A stretch of DNA of 22,997 nucleotides from an uncultured virus (IMG/VR IMGVR_UViG_3300042467_002204). Lineage: Duplodnaviria > Heunggongvirae > Uroviricota > Caudoviricetes. The translations under genes and the position numbers were made by a program. Positions 16,576-22,997 of this stretch are shown piece after piece. The notes under the pieces were generated by a model. It saw nothing but the letters and a program-made list of their open reading frames with translations. It had not been told where the DNA came from and did no database searches. Location: the IMG/VR virus record IMGVR_UViG_3300042467_002204, one strand, 5' to 3'. Position 1 is the first letter of the stretch; the number at the start of each line of letters is the position of its first letter.

Positions 16576-17814
16576 TCAAAAGGAAAGCGTTTTAATGTAC
16601 CACCCATCCTGTGGGCCGTCGACCATCCACCGAGGGCCAAGATTTTTTTTACTGTAAGCCAGGTTCGCTCCCTTTGTACTTATATAAGAGCCTCCAACTA
16701 AATCCAATTCCCCAAAGGGGTCATTAACAATGTATTTAGTGAGATCTGCAGTACGTCCAATGACGGTTAACCAGTGACCAGTCCCTGTGGGCTTAGCTGC
16801 AGTTCCTTTGTGTAAGAATCCGATTGGGACAGGGATCTGTTTAACTAGCAGGCTGTCAATGTCGTTCCAAATACCATCCTGACGGAACTGAGCTTCCACG
16901 CCGTAATGACGCAAGGCTTTGATCTGAACAGCGGGATCGACGGTATCACCGAACGAAAATACTGTCTTTATATAATCATCATCAGAAGAGATCGAATTGG
17001 GTTTTAGATACTTCAGCAGCATCGCGCACGAACTTGAAAAACAAGTGCGCATAGGATCTTTTTGATTATCCCGTTGGGAGTAATAAATAACGGGAAGATG
17101 TATCTTGTTTAATTTGACAGGAGCAGGTTCTCTAGGTTTAGGGTCATTAATAATCTTGAAATGTCTAGGGAAGAACCACCAGGGTTTTTCGGTGTCCGCT
17201 TGTAGGTAAATCTTATAATGCGTCTCACCGGGAACAAGCTCCACTTTGTCCCACAGGTGGGCACTACCCTTAGGGACAAATACTTTTTGCTCCGGTTGAA
17301 GCTCAGAAGATTCTAAAGGTTCACGTTTTAACCAAGTATCTTGCTGAGCAACGATTGATGCGGAAAGCACGGGGTTCAAGATTTTCCGTAAAAATAGCTG
17401 CTTTTCCGCTTCACGCCGTTTAATTAAGCCTTCCAACACTTTTCCATCAGCCTTAGTCCAACGACTAAACTCAGATGCGACAACAGTGCGATCGGCGTTT
17501 TTATTAAGAACGTTTAATAAAGTTGAGTTACGAAAAGCGTTTAGGCCGATGTTAAAAGAAAAACAAACAAGAGCATCAAATTCATTCTGATTAATTGATA
17601 CTTTTACAGCCTCCCTAACACCTTTTTCAAAGTGCGAAACATCACTGCGTAAGAGCTTCTCAGCTTCGGTTTGGGTTATCTTTAGACCCTCGGTTACATG
17701 AGGGCCTGTGCTGCCGTAACCTATCGTCAAAACGCCCACGGCGTCTCGGTACGAAGTCAAACGACATCCTTCGAAGCTCTTTAAAAGCTTCAAACCCTCT
17801 TCAGACAGATACAT
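16576..17814 (-). CDS. two-domain endolysin: GH24 lysozyme + C39-like cysteine peptidase
   Basis: FEGCRLTSYRDAVGVLTIGYG (E-D-T triad), FDALVCFSFNIG, GLIKRREAE; C-terminal YYSQRDN...TCFSSSCAM, GHW, VNDPFG. Confidence 0.92.
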   Translation of the reverse strand: MYLSEEGLKLLKSFEGCRLTSYRDAVGVLTIGYGSTGPHVTEGLKITQTEAEKLLRSDVSHFEKGVREAVKVSINQNEFDALVCFSFNIGLNAFRNSTLLNVLNKNADRTVVASEFSRWTKADGKVLEGLIKRREAEKQLFLRKILNPVLSASIVAQQDTWLKREPLESSELQPEQKVFVPKGSAHLWDKVELVPGETHYKIYLQADTEKPWWFFPRHFKIINDPKPREPAPVKLNKIHLPVIYYSQRDNQKDPMRTCFSSSCAMLLKYLKPNSISSDDDYIKTVFSFGDTVDPAVQIKALRHYGVEAQFRQDGIWNDIDSLLVKQIPVPIGFLHKGTAAKPTGTGHWLTVIGRTADLTKYIVNDPFGELDLVGGSYISTKGANLAYSKKNLGPRWMVDGPQDGWYIKTLSF

Positions 17815-17815
17815 T

Positions 17816-18253
17816 TCAGGCTTCGATGACGTCGATACCGATGCGATACTCAGCGCCGCTGCGACCCCTCAGCTGAATGTAGGTGTAGTAAGTGCCAGAA
17901 GAACCGATTCGCTGCGTGGTGGTGGAATTAGCGCGGCTACTTAACTTGGAAGGAGAAGCGGTCATCACTTCATTTCCGCTGGAATCAAGGATGATGACGT
18001 CGCCGCAACTGTTCTGATCGCGGATATTGACTTGCAGGAGACCCGTAGCGTTAATCGTTAAGGGGTAGTAATCGGAAATTCCGTATGCGCCGTCAGCAGC
18101 GTAGGTGCGAGCGGTGGAGTCAACGACCACGACGCCGCTGGCGTTCAATGAGCGACGTTGATCAAAGGCGGTGGAGTAGGCGCGATACTCGGTCGTCGAA
18201 ACTCCACTGGACAACACGTTGTCTAATTCCTTGTTTTTCGTGAATTGCGACAC
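17816..18253 (-). CDS. PPC-like beta-sandwich protein, possibly virion-associated
   Basis: SDYYPLTINATGLLQVNI...DVIILDSSGNEV...SGTYYTYIQ...YRI follows the pre-peptidase C-terminal (PPC) domain pattern. Confidence 0.6.
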   Translation of the reverse strand: MSQFTKNKELDNVLSSGVSTTEYRAYSTAFDQRRSLNASGVVVVDSTARTYAADGAYGISDYYPLTINATGLLQVNIRDQNSCGDVIILDSSGNEVMTASPSKLSSRANSTTTQRIGSSGTYYTYIQLRGRSGAEYRIGIDVIEA

Positions 18254-18347
18254 AGTTTAAGCTCACTCGATATAAAAATTCTAAACCAAGCCATAACGAA
18301 TTCAAAGGCGACAATGAATTAAAATTCTTATAGAGTAAATTTAAGCA

Positions 18348-18611
18348 ATGGGAAGCGAGACCATTGTCGCGTTAGCGATGGGTTTGGTTGGGTTCTTAAC
18401 TTGGAGCCACGAGAGAAAACAAAAAACCATTGACGTCCGCTTTGAATCCGTAAAGCGAAAAATAGAAGCTACAGAAAAAACTCTGGCCGATATGCCCTTA
18501 AAATACGTTCTGAAGGCCGACTTGGATAGTCAGTTAGACGATATTCGCGGATGGCTAAAAAACATCAACAACAAACTCGATCAACTTATTTTGTCTAAAA
18601 CCCATGAATGA
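18348..18611 (+). CDS. small membrane protein (one N-terminal TM segment + coiled coil), candidate lysis accessory
   Basis: IVALAMGLVGFLTW TM segment followed by a charged coiled coil; near the endolysin. Confidence 0.65.
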   Translation: MGSETIVALAMGLVGFLTWSHERKQKTIDVRFESVKRKIEATEKTLADMPLKYVLKADLDSQLDDIRGWLKNINNKLDQLILSKTHE

Positions 18612-18918
18612 CACTAAATTCAATATTTGGAACGCATATATTTACGAAATACTTTTGGTATTAAGAGACGAATACAACTTATTTAAAAATAATAAAACAG
18701 TATCCATAATTTTAAATTACTGTAAGCCAGATTGGGTATTGTGGAAGGTTCATAAAACTCTAAAAGAAATTGATGTTGAAATAGATAAAATAAAAACAAT
18801 GTGGGAAAAAGAAGAGGAGTCTAAATTTAAGTTTATAGAGCACAAACCAGACGGATCGGAAGCACAAGAGATTTTAGGAGGAGCTATCGAGATACGAAGC
18901 ACGTTTAAACGAAGCTAG
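18604..18918 (+). CDS. hypothetical protein
   Basis: 104-aa AT-rich ORF overlapping the previous gene by 8 nt. Confidence 0.6.
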   Translation: MNDTKFNIWNAYIYEILLVLRDEYNLFKNNKTVSIILNYCKPDWVLWKVHKTLKEIDVEIDKIKTMWEKEEESKFKFIEHKPDGSEAQEILGGAIEIRSTFKRS

Positions 18919-18947
18919 TAGAATTAAAGAAACGGCATATACCCGTC

Positions 18948-19124
18948 ATGGACAACATTATTCAACACGCAAAGAGTCTTGTTGAGATTCTTCTCGCTAT
19001 CCACGCGGTGGCGCTGCTGATTGTCAACCTCACCCCGACTCAAAAAGATAACAATGCGGTTGCAAAGTATTACCGCGTTGTCGAAATTCTCGCTGGTATT
19101 GTTACTCGCTTTGCCAAGCAGTAG
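18948..19124 (+). CDS. small holin-like membrane protein (58 aa), not in the ORF track
   Basis: MDNIIQHAKSLVEILLAIHAVALLIVNLTPTQKDNNAVAKYYRVVEILAGIVTRFAKQ*: TM segment, TPTxKD turn, amphipathic helix. TAGAAT upstream at 18919-18924. Confidence 0.7.
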   Translation: MDNIIQHAKSLVEILLAIHAVALLIVNLTPTQKDNNAVAKYYRVVEILAGIVTRFAKQ

Positions 19125-19508
19125 TTAATCTGCTGGTTTCAAAATATTTAAGCGGCGGAGGTCTTCATAGGCTTTCGCCGCTTCTGTTTTTATAGGGTCT
19201 TCGTAAATCCATTGTAAAACTCTTAACTCTCTTTCTTCGCACCAGAATTCTTGCGATCTCCACCAAGTAAAATAATCGCTATCTGACTTTTGTAGATTGC
19301 AGTCAGCACAGGCTGCTACCAAGTTATTTCTAGTGGTTGGTCCTCCCTTAGCCCTCGGTATCACATGATCTAACGTAGAGGGATCTTTCCGATCACAGTA
19401 CGCACAACGATGTTCCCAAGCTTCAAAAATATCTTTTCTAAATCTTTTTCTGGCTGAACTTCTCTGTAAACAGTTAAGTTCAAACAGTAATTGCTGTTCG
19501 TCGCTCAC
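19125..19508 (-). CDS. HNH endonuclease (McrA-like)
   Basis: CAYCD...TLDHVIPRAKGG...NLVAACADCNLQKSD. Confidence 0.9.
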   Translation of the reverse strand: MSDEQQLLFELNCLQRSSARKRFRKDIFEAWEHRCAYCDRKDPSTLDHVIPRAKGGPTTRNNLVAACADCNLQKSDSDYFTWWRSQEFWCEERELRVLQWIYEDPIKTEAAKAYEDLRRLNILKPAD

Positions 19509-19914
19509 AAATTGTGTGCGGCTTTGTATCCATTCTATCTAAACAAGTTGTAGCAACAGGTTTAATAAAATCTGGAATGTAACGATCCAGCGTAATGATG
19601 TGCTGGCTGCGAGCTTCGAAGGCTTCAGCTAAAAAAGCACAGGCTTGTTCCGGATCTGTGGTTTCCCCGCACGTAAACACATCCACAGCGGCGTAACCGG
19701 ATTCAGGCCAGGAATGAATACTGATATGACTTTCGGCTAATAATGCAAATCCTGTAACACCTTGAACAGGAAACGAGTGCACAGTTACGTCTAACAGAGT
19801 TGCGGATGCAACGAGCGAAGCTTGCGTAAGAGCCTGTTTAACAAAATCTGCATCGTTAAGTTTTTCAGGATTTGCGTTATAAAGCTCCTGAACGCAGTGC
19901 TTTCCCGACAACAA
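19480..19914 (-). CDS. speD: pyruvoyl-dependent S-adenosylmethionine decarboxylase family proenzyme
   Basis: GKHC, HSFPVQGVTG, LLAESHISIHSWPESGYAAVDVFTCG (E/SH autocleavage site, TCG). Confidence 0.93.
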   Translation of the reverse strand: MLSGKHCVQELYNANPEKLNDADFVKQALTQASLVASATLLDVTVHSFPVQGVTGFALLAESHISIHSWPESGYAAVDVFTCGETTDPEQACAFLAEAFEARSQHIITLDRYIPDFIKPVATTCLDRMDTKPHTICERRTAITV

Positions 19915-20052
19915 AGGCTCTCACAGCTTATTAAAGTTTAGAGCTTTCGAAATGCAAAACCATAGGTCATCTAAAAACCGCAAAATTTAAAAAAATGAGA
20001 AAAATTAAGAACGTATAAAACTGTAACAAAGATTAATACGAGGACGCTTCTG

Positions 20053-20068
20053 TGTACTGTAAGCTACA
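20053..20068. promoter_or_regulatory. NtcA-type palindrome TGTA-N8-TACA upstream of the recombinase
   Basis: TGTA CTGTAAGC TACA, ending 18 nt before the GTG at 20087 and overlapping the candidate -10 hexamers TACTGT/TAAGCT. Confidence 0.5.
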
Positions 20069-20086
20069 TCTACTCGTACAAGCAAA

Positions 20087-20935
20087 GTGACAACACTTCA
20101 AGAAGCGTGGACACAGTTTATGAATGAGAAAAAAGTTGCAATCTACCCCACGAGCTTCGCGGCAGACTATGTTCAGGCAACTAAATGGTTAAATCGTTGC
20201 CCGATAACGGATTTGGCCGAAGGACGGCAAGTCATCACCTGGGTTTTAAATCAGCGACCAATTAAGGCGAGTAGGCGAGTCACAATGTACGTAAAAAGTC
20301 TATATAGATGGGCGTCTAGCGAAGACGTAGGATTACTTTCAAAAAATCCTGTTCAGAGTTTTAAATTACCAAAGCCTCCTCAAGAGGATGAAGAAATTAT
20401 TGTGATCCCTAAAAGGGAAACGCAGATCGTATTACAAGCTTTAGGTAGCAGAAGAACAAAATACGACTGGTACGCTTACGCCGACTTCATGCTGCAAACC
20501 GCAATGCGGACGGGAGAGGTAAGAGCACTTAAGTGGGAAGATATTAAAGAAGATAAAATTTTGGTTCACACGAACTACACGCTCACGCACGGTTTAAAAA
20601 TGTCTACGAAGACAAATAAAAAACGGTGGGTGCCTTTAAATGAAAGATGCCAAGAAATCTTAAACAAGCAAGATAAAACAGAGGATTTTATATTTCCCTA
20701 TAACCGATACGCTTTTCAAAGCTATTTTTACGACCGAATGAAAGAACTGCACGCACAAGATTTAATCGAGCACAGATACAGACCGTACGACTTAAGGCAC
20801 ACCGCTATTAGTCGTTGGATTGAAGCAAAAATACCCGTGGCGCAAGCAGCTAAGTGGGCTGGCAACAGCTCAGAAGTTATCTGGAAGCATTATGTAAATG
20901 TAACGCAGGATTATGATATGCCTGTCTTAACTTAA
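20087..20935 (+). CDS. tyrosine recombinase/integrase
   Basis: TAMRTGEVRALKW (R), KTNKKR (K), PYDLRHT (YxxR in place of HxxR), WAGNS, KHY (Tyr nucleophile). Core-binding and catalytic domains only; no obvious arm-binding domain. Confidence 0.92.
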   Translation: MTTLQEAWTQFMNEKKVAIYPTSFAADYVQATKWLNRCPITDLAEGRQVITWVLNQRPIKASRRVTMYVKSLYRWASSEDVGLLSKNPVQSFKLPKPPQEDEEIIVIPKRETQIVLQALGSRRTKYDWYAYADFMLQTAMRTGEVRALKWEDIKEDKILVHTNYTLTHGLKMSTKTNKKRWVPLNERCQEILNKQDKTEDFIFPYNRYAFQSYFYDRMKELHAQDLIEHRYRPYDLRHTAISRWIEAKIPVAQAAKWAGNSSEVIWKHYVNVTQDYDMPVLT

Positions 20936-20937
20936 AA

Positions 20938-21117
20938 TCAAGAATATGGGTCCGTTATGTCTTGGTAAGGAATCCACCAATCAAAATCTTCTACCGAGCT
21001 TAAATTGCGTAGTTCCCACGCGTAGTTCATGCGGCTAAACCACCAGCAACAACCTGTACTGGGGTCTAAATCTTCCTGTCCAGGCATTTTACTGTTTTTA
21101 TGATACGCGAGCGCCAT
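20938..21117 (-). CDS. small Trp-rich hypothetical protein (59 aa), not in the ORF track
   Basis: MALAYHKNSKMPGQEDLDPSTGCCWWFSRMNYAWELRNLSSVEDFDWWIPYQDITDPYS*. The PGxEDxD..G.CWWF...W.L...W.P pattern recurs in cyanophage small ORFs (from memory). Confidence 0.7.
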   Translation of the reverse strand: MALAYHKNSKMPGQEDLDPSTGCCWWFSRMNYAWELRNLSSVEDFDWWIPYQDITDPYS

Positions 21118-21132
21118 AGTGCGTTGAACTAC
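21117..21132 (-). repeat. GTAGT-N7-ACTA junction motif, copy 1
   Basis: Minus strand GTAGT TCAACGC ACTA(TG); the last A is the A of the ATG of 20938..21117. Confidence 0.5.
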
Positions 21133-21178
21133 TACTTTTAAAACTCGGAGTTGATCTTGCGACCGTTGACAGTCGTAA

Positions 21179-21268
21179 CTATGGCAAAATTAATTTAAAA
21201 AAACAGATTACTAATGCGCAAACTAACCAATAAACAATACAAAGTAAAACAAAAAATTCCCAGTCCAT
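21179..21268 (-). CDS. 29-aa single-TM peptide, not in the ORF track
   Basis: MDWEFFVLLCIVYWLVCALVICFFKLILP*; starts 2 nt after the stop of 21271..21474. Confidence 0.6.
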   Translation of the reverse strand: MDWEFFVLLCIVYWLVCALVICFFKLILP

Positions 21269-21270
21269 AA

Positions 21271-21474
21271 TCACAGATCTTTAAGTTTTTGTTTTAACTC
21301 CCGCCACTTATTGGCTTGTTGTTCGTAGGAAGTAATCCACGAATCAATGCCGGACGCAAGGGCTTTAAGCGCCCCATCGACACCGATATTGTCGTCACTT
21401 ATTAAAGACTCCAACTCTTCAGAAATGCTTTCGCTGGAGTCACTTATGTACTCTTCAGGTGTTTTCATAAACAT
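21271..21474 (-). CDS. small acidic hypothetical protein
   Basis: 67-aa ORF in the small-gene array; helical, acidic N-terminal half. Confidence 0.65.
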   Translation of the reverse strand: MFMKTPEEYISDSSESISEELESLISDDNIGVDGALKALASGIDSWITSYEQQANKWRELKQKLKDL

Positions 21475-21485
21475 AAGTAGTTAAC

Positions 21486-21707
21486 TTAAACGCCACGGAT
21501 TGGGGGTAACGAAGCGCCGGGTAGGTACATTTCGCGAATTTGATCGGCAAAAGCAGGATTTGCTTCTATAAGACGTCGAACATCGGCAGGACTTAATCCT
21601 TTCCGCGACCGACGAGCATCGCCTGCTTGACCTTCAACTTCAAAACTTGGAGATCCAGCTAAAAGTTGATAGGCAATAAACTGATCTAAAAATGGGCCTG
21701 GGTCCAC
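21486..21707 (-). CDS. hypothetical protein
   Basis: 73-aa ORF with a GTG start; contains LLAG. Confidence 0.6.
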   Translation of the reverse strand: MDPGPFLDQFIAYQLLAGSPSFEVEGQAGDARRSRKGLSPADVRRLIEANPAFADQIREMYLPGASLPPIRGV

Positions 21708-21757
21708 GGGTGAAGCTGCTTTTAGTTCATTTTAGCTTTATGAAGTAACTAAAACAC

Positions 21758-21773
21758 TATTGGAAGCGACTAC
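21758..21773 (-). repeat. GTAGT-N7-AATA junction motif, copy 2
   Basis: Minus strand GTAGT CGCTTCC AATA; its TAG is the stop of the short ORF ending at 21770. Confidence 0.5.
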
Positions 21774-21850
21774 GAGGTTTCATTTTGTTCTTGAGCGTAC
21801 TCCTCTTGTTTATCTAAACGCCGCTCCAGCTCTTCAATGCGGGAAATCAA
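21770..21850 (-). CDS. short ORF or 3' remnant of a frameshifted gene
   Basis: From TTG 21850 (TTGA overlap): MISRIEELERRLDKQEEYAQEQNETS*. The frame stays open upstream (GRISVWCAGAWETSLLITNL) with no ATG. Confidence 0.4.
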   Translation of the reverse strand: MISRIEELERRLDKQEEYAQEQNETS

Positions 21851-22611
21851 ATTCGTGATGAGCAGGGAAGTTTCCCACGCTCCGGCGCACCAAACACTGA
21901 TTCGTCCCCCTGGGAGCGACAGGTAATTTCTTCTGTTTCTACTTCTTTTTCATTAGGTGTTTTCCAAAAATAATCGTCACACTCGCCTAGGCGTCCCCAT
22001 TTAGGTGCACTTTCGACATCGAAGTATCTAGTTGAAACCTTAAAGTCAGGCGTCTTTAGATCATTGTTTGTCAATGATGGGTCGATCATTCGGCAACGAT
22101 TGTTAGGATAAGCCCCAATTTGGCCATTGTCCAAAGCCACAATGTTGTGCGATTTGTGCTCATCTGGAAACTCCGAGAAATAAAAGTCAGGCTCGTTACG
22201 ATGAGGATGGTAATTGTCAACTGTGAATAAGTATGTGCCCTGCATTACACCTTGAGATCTTGTCAGGACCTCAAAACGCATATTAAAAATAAGATTCTTT
22301 TCTACCACCGTAAGACCATGATCAAAGCCGTTCCAAAACTGGAGATCGGTTAGTTCCAAATCAGGTGTGGGCGGAACGGGTTCATTTGGATGGTCAGAGT
22401 CCCACGATAAAAAGGCACTGATAGGCAGTTTGTCGTATAAAGCGCCGTACTCAGTCAGGTACGTTTCAAAATACAAAGCCCTTCCAGTAAGAGATTTGCA
22501 TGTCACCCAATAACCAGGCGTATATTCTCCATGTCCTTTTTGGAGGTCATACAAATATTCTTTTCTGACCCACACTTTTACAGGTGGTACGTTAGCAACT
22601 AGAGTAGTCAT
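21847..22611 (-). CDS. conserved phage hypothetical protein
   Basis: ANVPPVKVWVRKEYLYD...KSLTGRALYFE...YGALYDKLPISAF...YLFTVD...EHKSHN...NGQIGAYPNNR: a family I recognise from aquatic phages; function unknown. Confidence 0.8.
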   Translation of the reverse strand: MTTLVANVPPVKVWVRKEYLYDLQKGHGEYTPGYWVTCKSLTGRALYFETYLTEYGALYDKLPISAFLSWDSDHPNEPVPPTPDLELTDLQFWNGFDHGLTVVEKNLIFNMRFEVLTRSQGVMQGTYLFTVDNYHPHRNEPDFYFSEFPDEHKSHNIVALDNGQIGAYPNNRCRMIDPSLTNNDLKTPDFKVSTRYFDVESAPKWGRLGECDDYFWKTPNEKEVETEEITCRSQGDESVFGAPERGKLPCSSRI

Positions 22612-22632
22612 AGTTTTTGTTCAGTCTAAAAG

Positions 22633-22860
22633 CTACGGGCCTGGGCGGCGAGAGTATTTAAGATCTCGGGCCAACGAAGGCATGTCAGCACAGCAGGGAT
22701 CTTCCAGCCAGTCAAGACATTCCTTCAGTTCTTGATCCGCTCCCCATTTGGCGGACTGTTCGGCAATCCAAGCATCACGATGCCAACCCTCGGATGGGGC
22801 TTTACTGCGCAACTGCTGCAACACTTCTGGCGGCAGAGTGTTGGTGTATTGGTGTGTCAT
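22633..22860 (-). CDS. small cyanophage-type hypothetical protein
   Basis: PPEVLQQ...AKWGADQELKECLDWL...RRP pattern that recurs in cyanophage small-ORF regions (from memory). Confidence 0.75.
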   Translation of the reverse strand: MTHQYTNTLPPEVLQQLRSKAPSEGWHRDAWIAEQSAKWGADQELKECLDWLEDPCCADMPSLARDLKYSRRPGP

Positions 22861-22865
22861 GGTGT

Positions 22866-22881
22866 TAGTTGGAATGACTAC
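22866..22881 (-). repeat. GTAGT-N7-ACTA junction motif, copy 3
   Basis: Minus strand GTAGT CATTCCA ACTA acacc ATG. Its TAG is the stop of the upstream ORF, and the next ATG follows 5 nt later. Confidence 0.55.
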
Positions 22882-22997
22882 TGGGCTTCAAGCTCATCAG
22901 CAAAAGCGTAAAGCGTATGGGCTGAAGTGGGATGATCGAGTTGATCCGCAGCAGCTCGCAGGGCGGCGGCAATCTGGCGGCTACGGGTGGCGTAATA
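22878..22997 (-). CDS. 3' part of a small hypothetical protein truncated by the window edge
   Basis: ...YYATRSRQIAAALRAAADQLDHPTSAHTLYAFADELEAQ*; AAALRAAADQ...ADELE pattern typical of cyanophage small ORFs. Confidence 0.7.
   Translation of the reverse strand, partial: YYATRSRQIAAALRAAADQLDHPTSAHTLYAFADELEAQ

Noticed and set aside
19915..21270. attP site with a tRNA-derived core near the recombinase
   Set aside because: No tRNA-like fragment or arm-type repeats were recognised; it cannot be defined without a host genome.
22611..22628. TAGA-N10-ACTA(TG) as a fourth junction motif
   Set aside because: The spacer is 10 nt and one arm is mismatched; TAGACT is as easily a -10 element.

Overview
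A gene-dense segment of a dsDNA cyanophage (or cyanophage-derived prophage). The host type is inferred from an NblA-like gene, SpeD, ThyX, a GH24 lysozyme/C39 endolysin, Shine-Dalgarno-poor starts and small-ORF families I recognise from cyanophages. The left ~14.6 kb (+ strand) is a replication/recombination arm: the 3' end of a probable MoxR AAA+ gene with a vWA partner, family A DNA polymerase, a degenerate HNH-HTH protein, a tandem-OB SSB, a possible second ssDNA-binding/annealing protein, a DNA methyltransferase-fold protein lacking both catalytic motifs coupled to an acidic-tailed protein, a PD-(D/E)XK exonuclease and an AEP-type primase/SF3 helicase. An nblA-like gene lies antisense inside this arm. 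The right ~8.4 kb holds thyX, small low-complexity ORFs sharing an [LF]AG motif, two HNH genes, lysis genes, speD and a tyrosine recombinase with a perfect NtcA-type TGTA-N8-TACA box just upstream. Beyond the recombinase is an array of short genes, three of whose junctions carry a GTAGT-N7-A(C/A)TA inverted repeat, a candidate recombinase-driven gene-cassette system. Seven short ORFs missing from the supplied track were found by hand. No tRNA, rRNA or CRISPR array was seen. All family calls come from motif recognition by eye, not database searches.
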